Assembly: GCA_964568275.1 (NCBI GenBank)
Contig: CAZMRP010000001.1
Coordinates: forward strand, 8,382 to 72,381
Source: an uncultured Myxococcales bacterium
Lineage (GTDB): Bacteria > Myxococcota_A > Polyangia > DRWM01 > JAAZOP01
DNA length: 64,000 nucleotides
Direction of reading: 5' to 3'
Below, piece after piece: positions 29,415 to 38,186 of the stretch. The notes below the pieces were generated by a model. That model was not told the origin of the DNA. It did no database searches and was given only the letters and a program-made list of their open reading frames with translations. Every line of letters begins with the position of its first letter. The stretch's first letter is position 1. The translations under genes were made by a program, and so were the position numbers.

Positions 29415-30494
29415 TCACCCGTGTCGAGAGACGTGCTTCAGGAGAACCTGCCCGAGCGCCTTGGCGAGTTTGGGCGGCACAGCGTTTCCGATCATGCGGC
29501 CGACGGCCTTGCGGTTGAGCCTCTGCTCTCGAGGCCAGAACTCGTAGGTACGCGGGAAGCTCTGGAACAGGGCCGCTTCCCGTAGCGTGATGGCGCGGTC
29601 TTGCTCTGGATGACCGAAGCGCCCGTTGCCGATGCCGGTGCAGAGCGTCGTCATCGTCGGCGACGGTTGCTCCCACCACATCCTCGCGTAGATCGAGCCG
29701 TAGGACCGGCCAGATTCCTTGCGGTGGCAGTCGAGCACGAGGTCGTCGGGCCAGTCTCGACGGGTACCGCCGTCAAGCCGGGTGGCGCGAATTCGCTTGA
29801 GGTTCATCGGCGAGAGGAGCGCAGCCACGTGCAGAGGGTCGTTCGGGTCCTCCTCGCCCGAGGCGAGCGGTGGCAGGTCACCGATCGTCTCTCGCACCGT
29901 CTTCCATTGGCTGGGACACCGATATCGACCCTCGGGGACAGCGATGGGACCGAGGCGCGACGCGAGCAGCACCAGCCTCTGGCGGGCCTGCGGGATACCG
30001 TACTCGACACAGCGGACGAGCTTCCAATCGGTGAAGTAGCCCTGTCGTTCGAGCGTCCGCACGAACCGGTCGAACACCTCGCGTCCGCGGTCTGCGAGCT
30101 CTGGGACGTTCTCCATCGTCACCAGCTCCGGGAGGATGCCCACCACGAAGCGGCCGAAGTTGTCGAGGAGGTCCCACGCCTCGTGTTCGCGTATGCCGTT
30201 CGTCAATCGCGAGAACGGCTGACACGGCGCGCATCCCGCGAGGAGTTTGATCTTGCCGTTGTCGTAGAGCTTCTCGATGCTGGGGTAGTTCTTCCGTGAC
30301 ACGTCCCAGCAGAGAAAGGCAGAACCAGGGTTGTTCTTCACGAAGGCATGCTTGGCCTGCTTGTCGATGTCGATGCCCGCATTGACCTTGATCCCCGCCT
30401 GCAGGAGGCCATGCGTCAGGCCGCCTGCACCGCAGAAGAGGTCCACAGCGCAAATCGGACTGGAAGCGAGCGTCGAGACGGTTCGAGAGGTCAT
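29415..30494 (-). CDS. dcm: DNA cytosine-5 methyltransferase
   Basis: Motif I VDLFCGAGGLTHGL, motif IV PCQPFS, ENV motif; start ATG 30494 (MTSRTVSTL). The 180-aa Arg-rich N-extension in the ORF track is rejected. Confidence 0.85.
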   Translation of the reverse strand: MTSRTVSTLASSPICAVDLFCGAGGLTHGLLQAGIKVNAGIDIDKQAKHAFVKNNPGSAFLCWDVSRKNYPSIEKLYDNGKIKLLAGCAPCQPFSRLTNGIREHEAWDLLDNFGRFVVGILPELVTMENVPELADRGREVFDRFVRTLERQGYFTDWKLVRCVEYGIPQARQRLVLLASRLGPIAVPEGRYRCPSQWKTVRETIGDLPPLASGEEDPNDPLHVAALLSPMNLKRIRATRLDGGTRRDWPDDLVLDCHRKESGRSYGSIYARMWWEQPSPTMTTLCTGIGNGRFGHPEQDRAITLREAALFQSFPRTYEFWPREQRLNRKAVGRMIGNAVPPKLAKALGQVLLKHVSRHG

Positions 30495-30924
30495 CGCACG
30501 ACCTGCCGCTCGGGGCGCAGTCGCCCGCCCGCCTGGCGTCGGTGCGAGGCGCGGAGTAGAAGTGCCCTTCGCCTCCTTCTCGTCCGTCGGGTGATCATTC
30601 TTCTTCCCGCCGCGTCGCCGGATGCTCCCGCGCCATGCACAAGACCCTGGGGTGGGGGGCCTCTGCTTCGCTCCTCGCGGGCCCGCCACGGCCGCACGGC
30701 ACATCACGGCGATGCCAAGCGCCGACACGCTGCACGCTACCACGAGCCGAACCGGGTCCTCAACAGCCGGCCGACGCCGGGCGACACGGTACCTCGCTTC
30801 GCGATGAACGAAGGCGGGGTTCTCCCAAGCACCCGTGACCCGGCTCCGGGTCGACAACGGCCGAAGCCCGTGCCGTCGGTGGCCCGAGCAGCGCAGCAGA
30901 ATTCCCAGCGGGCGCTGGCTGCCT

Positions 30925-31914
30925 CTACGAATTGGCGGCACGGAAGATGCGCTCTCGGTGGTAGCGCAGGTAGCGGTCGGCCGGGGCGACGCCACCGGCG
31001 GGCAGCAAGAGCGACGGCCCGATCGCATCGCCACCGAAGTAGCGACGGTATTGCGCGTCGCGTTCGACGTTCTCCTCGAGAGCGGCTGCGCGGCGGATCC
31101 GCAGTCCGCCGTTCACCGCGAGCAGGCCGGCGTCGAAGGCGGCGTCGTGGATCGGGCACGCCGCAATCCCGTTCCTGCGGTCGAGCCTCTCGCGGTCGCT
31201 CGACTCCGCCCACGGCTTGATGTGGGAGGCGATCAGGAGCCGATGGCCTTGGAGATCCCTCGGCCCGAAGCCACAGAACCCGCATCGGTGGTCGTAGTTC
31301 GCCAGGACATCCCTCGCGAAACGGTGCTGCCCAAGTCGAACTTGTTGCTCCACGAGGCGGCAGGTCTCCTCCTCGCGGAAGTCGAACGTGCGGGACATCT
31401 CGTCCATCCTCTCGCGCCGCTCCTGCAGTGCGAGGCGCAGTTCGCGCTCGCCCAGCTCGTCTTGGCCGAGCATCGGAACGTCTCCGGCATCGATGACACC
31501 GAGGAAGTCCGGCACGCCACTCGCGTCGAATCCGGCGTCCCTCGCAGCGAGCACGATGGTCCGGTAGAGGGCATGGAAACGCGTTGGCTGAGCAGCGAGA
31601 TGCAGGAAGAGCTCGGGCTCGGCGCGGGCCGCGTGGGGAAGTGCTCCCTCCAGGTTCAGCATCTTGTGCGTCAGGGAGTTCGGTGGCCGCCGCAGCGTCG
31701 CGGCGAGAACACGCACGGACGGTGGCAGCCGATGCACATTGCTGCCGCCGAACCCATGCGGATCCACTACGAAGAACAGGCCGTAGCAGAGCAGCGTCTC
31801 CACCGGAAGGAACGGCTCCTGGCGGCTCCGGGCCACGCGACCGCGGATCCTCTGCCATTGCTGTCGTGCCGCGTCGGGCGTCAAATCCAAGTACACGGAA
31901 ATCGACGGCGCCAT
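30925..31914 (-). CDS. HNH_2-type endonuclease (candidate restriction enzyme)
   Basis: RLGQHRFARDVLANYDHRCGFCGF...LIASHIKPW...NGIAACPIHDAAFDAG; start at ATG 31914 (MAPSISVY). Confidence 0.5.
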   Translation of the reverse strand: MAPSISVYLDLTPDAARQQWQRIRGRVARSRQEPFLPVETLLCYGLFFVVDPHGFGGSNVHRLPPSVRVLAATLRRPPNSLTHKMLNLEGALPHAARAEPELFLHLAAQPTRFHALYRTIVLAARDAGFDASGVPDFLGVIDAGDVPMLGQDELGERELRLALQERRERMDEMSRTFDFREEETCRLVEQQVRLGQHRFARDVLANYDHRCGFCGFGPRDLQGHRLLIASHIKPWAESSDRERLDRRNGIAACPIHDAAFDAGLLAVNGGLRIRRAAALEENVERDAQYRRYFGGDAIGPSLLLPAGGVAPADRYLRYHRERIFRAANS

Positions 31915-32050
31915 CGAGCCGATCGTACCAGATCGCAGGGCGGATGTCGGGCGCGAACAGGGGAACACGGGTCCCCACGTGCGCGAACGGCGCACGATCA
32001 CGCGAGTACTGCCGCTTCGTGGGGACCCGATCCTGGCCGATCGAGGGAAC

Positions 32051-32512
32051 CTACTCCGACTCCCTCTCGCCCGGCGACCGTCTTGCCAAACGCTTCCGAG
32101 TCCGTCCCCGGTACGCCTCGCCCGGGTTGCCCTGCCGAGCCTCCGCGATCGCCGCCAGTTCGTCCAGATCGACCAGACGCTCGATCGCACGCTTCGGCTT
32201 CCTGGCTCCCTGCGCGTCGGCCGGGGCCTCCGGCGTCCGGGAGGGGGACGACTCGGCATCCTCACCAGTCGGAGCAGTCGCGACCCACTGGTCACGCAGC
32301 ATCTTCCGCTGCGCGCGAGGCGAGAGGACCTGCCCGCGCTGCACGACGTGCTGTTCGTTGAGCCATGCGCGAATCTCGCCGGGATCGAACCGCAGAACGC
32401 CGCCGACCTTCAGCGCCGGCAGCTTGCCGGCGGTCGCCAAGGCGTACACGGTTGAGCGCCCGACGCGAAGGAGTGCCGCGATCTCGGACACGGTCATCAA
32501 CGGCTCCATCAT
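32051..32512 (-). CDS. AlpA/excisionase-type HTH protein with Pro/Ala-rich tail
   Basis: MTVSEIAALLRVGRSTVYALATAGKLPALKVGGVLRF. Confidence 0.45.
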   Translation of the reverse strand: MMEPLMTVSEIAALLRVGRSTVYALATAGKLPALKVGGVLRFDPGEIRAWLNEQHVVQRGQVLSPRAQRKMLRDQWVATAPTGEDAESSPSRTPEAPADAQGARKPKRAIERLVDLDELAAIAEARQGNPGEAYRGRTRKRLARRSPGERESE

Positions 32513-32815
32513 CCTCGTTCCTCCGAACGCCGGCGCTTCCGGCTCCCGTGCCGCGGACGCCGTCACCGGCGGATACCGCCCAAGGTCGGCCAGAACCAAG
32601 TCCGCCAGGGCCTCTACGAATCGGCGGTAGCTCGCCTCCTGTTGGGCACGTTCCTCAGCCGTTCTGGGCTCCGGCGCAAACTCCAACACGACGATGTCGC
32701 CGCTCGATCCGACGGTCGTCACCCGTTCTCCGGCCGCCGTGTCCGCCATCCTGTCCACCTCTCTCTTGACGATCGCGGCGGAACCGGCGACCGTCCCTCC
32801 ACCGGCTCCCCGTCC

Positions 32816-33027
32816 TCACGGACGGCGTTTCGGCGACGGCACTCGCAAGGTCTCGATCCACGAAACCAGTTCGTCACGGTCGACGAGGAGCCGGCGTCCC
32901 AGCCGAACGATGCCGGGAAGCTGGCCGCGCTCGGCCATCGCGTAGACCTGCTTCTTCGAGGTGCGCAGTGCGGCAGCGACCTCGTCTGGGGTCAAGAGGA
33001 CGGGCATGGTTTGTTCGAGCTTGGGCA
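32816..33027 (-). CDS. AlpA/excisionase-type HTH protein (~70 aa)
   Basis: MPKLEQTMPVLLTPDEVAAALRTSKKQVYAMAERGQLPGIVRLGRRLLV. Confidence 0.5.
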
Positions 33028-33175
33028 TCGCTGCGCTCCGTCCCCGGAGCAGATGCCGAGGATACAGGCATGCGTACCGGCTGATCCAGGGGAGATCCCC
33101 TGTTGGCGTTCGCCGCTGCGACGCGGTCGCATCCGCGGTTGCACGCGACGTCGGGCTGCGGTCCACTCCCGGGCG

Positions 33176-33508
33176 ATGGGCGAGAAACTGCTGAAGGCAA
33201 CTGCGGTCGCGGAGCTGCTCGGCGTCTCCCGGAGCACGGCGTACCGGCTGATGAAGGACATGCGGCACGTCGTGCTCGGCGGCAACATGCTCCGGGTATC
33301 CGAGACCGCCCTGCAGGACTACATCAACCGGAGGACCGTGCACCCGGAGGCCTGTGTTCCCGGGAAACCGCGAAGCCGGAGGCTGCCGAAACCGCCCGAG
33401 GCGGCGGCGCCCGATCGACGACCGGACTCGGCCCTGCCACGCAGGGTCGTGAGGATCGTCTTCCCGCGCACGCGACCGCGACAGGCCGCCGCGCAGGAGC
33501 GGGACTGA
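33176..33508 (+). CDS. AlpA/excisionase-type HTH protein
   Basis: MGEKLLKATAVAELLGVSRSTAYRLMKDMRHVVLGGNMLRV. Confidence 0.45.
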   Translation: MGEKLLKATAVAELLGVSRSTAYRLMKDMRHVVLGGNMLRVSETALQDYINRRTVHPEACVPGKPRSRRLPKPPEAAAPDRRPDSALPRRVVRIVFPRTRPRQAAAQERD

Positions 33509-33572
33509 CGCCCACGCGACCGCGGCGTTCGCCGCCGGCTCCGGCCCGGCGGACCTCGGCAAGCACGTAGGC

Positions 33573-34376
33573 TCAGGTCGGAACGACGATGCCGCCCTGG
33601 TTCGCCGTACCGATCATCTCGACTCGCCCCTGCGGCACGAGCGCCGAGAGGTACGCGCAGAAGAACGCGTCGAGTCGGTCCTTCTTCTTCTTGCACGCTC
33701 TGCCAACCGATCCCTCGGGATCGAGTTCGCCGAGCAGCTCTCGAGGCAGGAGCACCCGTGGCGCATCAAGCCGACGGACGAAGTCGAGGTATCGTCGGAA
33801 CTCGCGTCGGGCGGCCGGCCAGCCCTGCCGCTTCTTCTTGTATCTCAGCGTCCGCGTGAGGCCGAAGAGCACGACCTGGGCCGGGTGAGGGTAGCACTCG
33901 AAGACGGACTTGCCAGCCACCGCGGGAAGCGACATGGTGCTGGGCGCGTCCGGGAAACCGAGGCCCTCCAACCGGCGGGCCAGCACCTCCCCTCGCGGAA
34001 TGCCGCAGTTGTACCGCCCCATGTTGGTGCGGTTCGCAGGATAGGCACCGGCCTCGAAACGACCGAAGCAGCGGTGCGTCTCGCGGTCGCATTCCCGCAT
34101 GCCCTTGGCGTTTGGAACCACCAGCGGCGCGTCGACCATGACGTTCGTCAGGTCGGCGAGGTACTCGGCGACGAACGCCACGACATCGTCGCTGGAGACC
34201 CGCGTTTCGGGGGCGACGACGCGAAGCCCTCCCGGGTCGTCGGACGCAGATCGGTCAGCGGAAGGCGAGAACGAGGCCGACCGCGCTGTCTGATGACGAG
34301 TACCGACCGAGTCAACCGGTCGTGACATCTCGTACAGCTGTGTAATCATGAAACAAACAGTCGCACATGCAAACAT
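33573..34376 (-). CDS. DUF429-like (RNase-H-fold) protein
   Basis: ECYPHPAQV...; weak recollection of the family motif. Confidence 0.35.
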   Translation of the reverse strand: MFACATVCFMITQLYEMSRPVDSVGTRHQTARSASFSPSADRSASDDPGGLRVVAPETRVSSDDVVAFVAEYLADLTNVMVDAPLVVPNAKGMRECDRETHRCFGRFEAGAYPANRTNMGRYNCGIPRGEVLARRLEGLGFPDAPSTMSLPAVAGKSVFECYPHPAQVVLFGLTRTLRYKKKRQGWPAARREFRRYLDFVRRLDAPRVLLPRELLGELDPEGSVGRACKKKKDRLDAFFCAYLSALVPQGRVEMIGTANQGGIVVPT

Positions 34377-34455
34377 TCAATCCACATCTTGACAGATGCG
34401 GTCCGCGTGGCTAACCTGATTGGTGGCTGGTCGAGACCAGCCACGGAGGTGAAAG

Positions 34456-34908
34456 ATGCCGAACGCGAGGGTCCACAAGGTGAGCGGCGGCGTGGCCGGC
34501 GCTGGCTACGCTTTGATCCGGGCGAAGGGACAGTCCGGGGGGCACGTCATCATCGAGACGTTTGGCGGCGCGGTAGGAGGCACTCTCGGAGGTTTGGCGC
34601 CCGACCGACTCGACCCGCCGCTCTGGCCCGGGCACCGAAGCGTCGGCCACGGCCTCGTGCCAGTGGCGGTCGCGGGGGATGCGGTGCGGCGGCGGGTGGA
34701 CGGATGGCAGCAGTCGCTTCGCGCGGAAGCCGAACGGCACGCGCAGACTGCTGCCGCTGCCACGGAGCCTCTCGACCGCCTCCTGCACGGCTTCCTGGAA
34801 CTTCTGTTTCGCTTCCTGGCGGGGCTCGCCGCGGGGTTCGCGGCGGGCTACATCTCCCACGTCGCGCTCGATGCATTCAGCCCGGCGGGCCTGCCGCTGT
34901 TGGCGTAG
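34456..34908 (+). CDS. DUF457/YdjM-like membrane-bound metal-dependent hydrolase
   Basis: Gly/Ala-rich membrane segments with HVALDAFSP at the C-terminus. Confidence 0.35.
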   Translation: MPNARVHKVSGGVAGAGYALIRAKGQSGGHVIIETFGGAVGGTLGGLAPDRLDPPLWPGHRSVGHGLVPVAVAGDAVRRRVDGWQQSLRAEAERHAQTAAAATEPLDRLLHGFLELLFRFLAGLAAGFAAGYISHVALDAFSPAGLPLLA

Positions 34909-34919
34909 GGAGGGCATTC

Positions 34920-36188
34920 ATGGCGGTGACGCAGGAAGAGCTCGGCCGGCGCCTGCGGGAAGCGCGCGAGGCGTGCGGGATGACGCAGGACGATGTCGCG
35001 AAGCACCTCGGCGTGTCCCGTCCGACCGTCACCCAGCTGGAGAACGGCAAGCGCCCGGTGTCGACGCTGGAGCTTGACCGGCTTGCTCGGCTCTTCGGCC
35101 GCGACCTCCGCGAGTTCGTCGGCGAGGAGTTCAGCGCCGAGAAGACCCTGGCCGCGCTGTTCCGGGGGCACGTGGAGGCCACCCAGGAGAGCGCAGTCCA
35201 GGAACGCCTACGGAACACGATCTGGCTCGCCCGCGAGCTAACGAACCTGGAGGAAGTCCTCTCGGTCGACCGGTCGTCGGCCAGCGCGCCCAGCTACCGC
35301 GTCCCGACCCCGAGCACGAAGTGGGATGCCGTCGTGCAGGGGTCGCGCGCGTCGGAGGAGGAGCGACGGCGACTCGGCCTGGGGGCGCTCCCGCTTGCGG
35401 GGATGACCGACCTGCTGGAATCCCAAGGCGTCCACGCGTTCCTCGTCGAGCTCCCCGACGACATCTCGGGCGTGACAATGAACGATCCCCGGATGGGGCT
35501 GATCGTGATCGCCAACACCTGGGATTCGGCGCTCCGTTGCCGCTTCTCGCTGGCCCACGAGTACGCGCATCTCCTCTTCGACCGGGAGCGGTTCGGGATC
35601 CTGAGCAGGACCAGCGACCGCGACGACCTCGCCGAGGTCCGGGCGAACTCCTTCGCGGCTGCGTTCCTCATGCCCGAGGAGGGCGTCCGCGCGTTTCTGG
35701 CCGGGCTCGGGAAGGGCCGGCCCAGCCGCGCCTCCGCGCAGGTGTTCGACGAGCACGGCGCCCTTCCCGCAGAAGGCCGAACGGCACCCGGCTCGCAGGA
35801 CGTGCAACTGGTGGATGTGGTGCGTCTGGCGCACAACTTCGGTGTCAGCCGTCTCGCCGCGCTCTACCGGCTGCTGAACCTCAAGCTGGTCACGCGGCCC
35901 GAGTTCGATGCCCTGAAGACCGAGGAGGAGCAGAAGGGCGCGCAGGCGGCCAAGCTGCTTGGAATCGACAAGCCGACCCACGACGACATCCAGGCCCAGC
36001 TCCGTCAGCGGGTCCTGAATCTCGGCCTGGAGGCGCTTCGGCGACAGCTCATCACCAGGGCCAAGCTCCTCGAGTTGGCGGACGCGATGTCCTTCTCAGG
36101 GAGTTCTGCCGCCGAGTTGGCGCGCTGGGTCGTCGGTAACGAGGGGGACCGCGACGGCGACGTGTTGCTCCCCGAAGGAGAAGCGTGA
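34920..36188 (+). CDS. XRE-family HTH fused to ImmA/IrrE (COG2856) zinc metallopeptidase
   Basis: LREAREACGMTQDDVAKHLGVSRPTVTQLENGKR (HTH) and SLAHEYAHLLFD (HExxH). Confidence 0.7.
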   Translation: MAVTQEELGRRLREAREACGMTQDDVAKHLGVSRPTVTQLENGKRPVSTLELDRLARLFGRDLREFVGEEFSAEKTLAALFRGHVEATQESAVQERLRNTIWLARELTNLEEVLSVDRSSASAPSYRVPTPSTKWDAVVQGSRASEEERRRLGLGALPLAGMTDLLESQGVHAFLVELPDDISGVTMNDPRMGLIVIANTWDSALRCRFSLAHEYAHLLFDRERFGILSRTSDRDDLAEVRANSFAAAFLMPEEGVRAFLAGLGKGRPSRASAQVFDEHGALPAEGRTAPGSQDVQLVDVVRLAHNFGVSRLAALYRLLNLKLVTRPEFDALKTEEEQKGAQAAKLLGIDKPTHDDIQAQLRQRVLNLGLEALRRQLITRAKLLELADAMSFSGSSAAELARWVVGNEGDRDGDVLLPEGEA

Positions 36189-36745
36189 CAGCACCCGCTG
36201 CTCCGGCCCGCGTCGTCGTGACCGACGCGAACGTGCTGATCAACTTGCTCCACGCAGGCATGGTTGACCTGCTCGGTCGACTGCCCGGCTACGAGTTTGT
36301 CGCGCCTGACCATGTGATCGAGGAGGTGACGGATCCCGCGCAGCGCCCGATGCTCGACGATGCCATCGTGCGCGACATCATCAAGAGGGAGTCGATCACG
36401 GACATCACCGGCATCGAGTTGTATGCGGAACTCCGCAGCCGGATGGGCAGCGGGGAGGCGGCTTGCATCGCGCTGGCGTCCACCAAGCGATGGATCGTCG
36501 CCTCGGACGAGAAGGGCGCGTTTCGCCGCGAAGCCGTGCGCCTTCTTGGGCCGGGCTCCGTGATCACGACGGCCGGCCTCTTCGTGCTCGCGATCCGTGC
36601 CGGACTCCTGAACGTCGCGCAGGCTGACGAGGCGAAGTCACTGCTCGAGCAGCACCGTTTCCGGATGACGTTCCGGTCGTTCCGAGAACTGGCCGATGTC
36701 GCGCGGCCGGGCAAGCCGCAGCCGGTCGGCCGCAGGAAGAGGTGA
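36185..36745 (+). CDS. PIN-like domain protein
   Basis: VVVTDANVLINLLH...D...; 4-nt overlap with the upstream gene. Confidence 0.5.
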   Translation: MTAPAAPARVVVTDANVLINLLHAGMVDLLGRLPGYEFVAPDHVIEEVTDPAQRPMLDDAIVRDIIKRESITDITGIELYAELRSRMGSGEAACIALASTKRWIVASDEKGAFRREAVRLLGPGSVITTAGLFVLAIRAGLLNVAQADEAKSLLEQHRFRMTFRSFRELADVARPGKPQPVGRRKR

Positions 36746-36750
36746 GAAGC

Positions 36751-36984
36751 ATGTCGAAACGAAGAACGTATCACGTGACCCGGTCCAGCGAGGGCGCTTG
36801 GCGGGTGAAGGCCGCCGGGGGCGAGAAGGCGTCCGCCGTCTGCGACACGAAGGCTGAGGCCGTTGATCGGGCGAAGGAACTGGCCAAGAACCAGGCCCTC
36901 GGCCAGGTCGTGGTGCATGGCCGCGACAACGAGATCCAGGCCGAGTACACCTACGGCAAGGACCCGTGTCCGCCGAAGGGGTAG
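36751..36984 (+). CDS. DUF2188 family small protein
   Basis: RRTYHVTRSSEGAWRVKAAGGEKASAVCDTKAEAVDRAKELAKNQ...VVHGRDNEIQAEYTYGKDP. Confidence 0.55.
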   Translation: MSKRRTYHVTRSSEGAWRVKAAGGEKASAVCDTKAEAVDRAKELAKNQALGQVVVHGRDNEIQAEYTYGKDPCPPKG

Positions 36985-37013
36985 AGCCCGCGCGGGCGGG
37001 AGGGAGTCGGCCA

Positions 37014-37309
37014 TGGCGAGGAAGCGCAAGACGTGCTCGTGCCTGTACAAGCTGAAGAAGGGGCGGAAGGTCCAGCGCATCGGGAAGGGACCGTGCTTCG
37101 ATCGGCCCGGGGCGGCCGAGCGGTACCTGGAGCAGAGGTACGGCAAGAAGAAGTGGTGGGATGGGTACGACACCGGGCCGTGCTACTCCGACGAAGAGAA
37201 GGCATATGAAGCGGAGCGCAAGGCAATCGATCGCTACCGGCGATCGCACGGCGGTCGTCTCCCTCCCCACAACGCGGTCGGCGGCGGCGGAGGTGCACGT
37301 TCGAACTGA
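37014..37309 (+). CDS. small basic hypothetical protein
   Basis: Internal ATG of ORF 36863..37309. Confidence 0.3.
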
Positions 37310-37392
37310 GGCTTCCAGCGATCGGAAGCACGCTCCGGCGACGATGGGCAACGCGGCACCGAGAAGGCGGAGCCCAACCGCGAGGAGGCACC

Positions 37393-38181
37393 GTGAGCGA
37401 CAAGAGCAAGATCGAGTGGACGGATGCTACGTGGAACCCCGTGCGCGGGTGCAGGAAGATCGGTCCGGGCTGCCTCCACTGCTACGCTGAGACGTTCGCC
37501 GAGCGGTTCCGCGGGGTGCCGGGCCACCCGTACGAGCAGGGATTCGACCTGCGCCTGGTCCCGCACAAGCTCGAGGAGCCGCTGCGCTGGCGTCGGCCGA
37601 GGATGGTGTTCGTCAACTCGATGAGCGACCTATTCCAGAACGGCGTGGATGACGCGTACATCGGACAGGTGTTCGAAGTAATGCGGCGCGCCGACTGGCA
37701 CACCTACCAGGTGTTGACGAAGCGCGCCGACCGTCTTCGCGACGTCCTCTCGCGCCCGGAATACTCGTGGGTCCTGGCGTCTCGGCACATCTGGATCGGC
37801 GTCAGCGTGGAGGACCAGAGGCACGGGATTCCGCGCGTCGCTCGGCTTCGCGAGACACCGGCCGCCGTTCGCTTCCTATCCCTCGAGCCTCTGCTCGAGG
37901 ATCCCGGGGATGTGGATCTCCGAGACATCCACTGGGTCATCGTGGGGGGCGAGAGCGGCCCCGGGGCACGGCCGATGCAGAAGGACTGGGTCATCTCCGT
38001 GCGCCGGCAATGCCGTGCTGCCGGCGTTCCCTTCTTCTTCAAGCAGTGGGGCGGTATCAACAAGGCCAAGGCGGGCCGACTGCTGCAGGGCCGCACGTAT
38101 GACGAGTACCCCGCCTTCCCCCACCTCGGAGCGGGCACGTGCAGTCGGCGCGGTTCGCCGCGACGCCAGGCTTCGCGGTGA
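37393..38181 (+). CDS. phage Gp37/Gp68 (DUF5131) family three-Cys-motif protein
   Basis: SKIEWTDATWNPVRGCRKIGPGCLHCYAE is a C-x5-C-x2-C motif. Confidence 0.6.
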   Translation: MSDKSKIEWTDATWNPVRGCRKIGPGCLHCYAETFAERFRGVPGHPYEQGFDLRLVPHKLEEPLRWRRPRMVFVNSMSDLFQNGVDDAYIGQVFEVMRRADWHTYQVLTKRADRLRDVLSRPEYSWVLASRHIWIGVSVEDQRHGIPRVARLRETPAAVRFLSLEPLLEDPGDVDLRDIHWVIVGGESGPGARPMQKDWVISVRRQCRAAGVPFFFKQWGGINKAKAGRLLQGRTYDEYPAFPHLGAGTCSRRGSPRRQASR

Positions 38182-38186
38182 CGCCG

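Noticed and set aside
30495-31034. 180-aa N-terminal extension of the Dcm ORF
   Set aside because: Arg/Pro-rich with no similarity to MTase N-termini. A clean start at ATG 30494 lies immediately before motif I.
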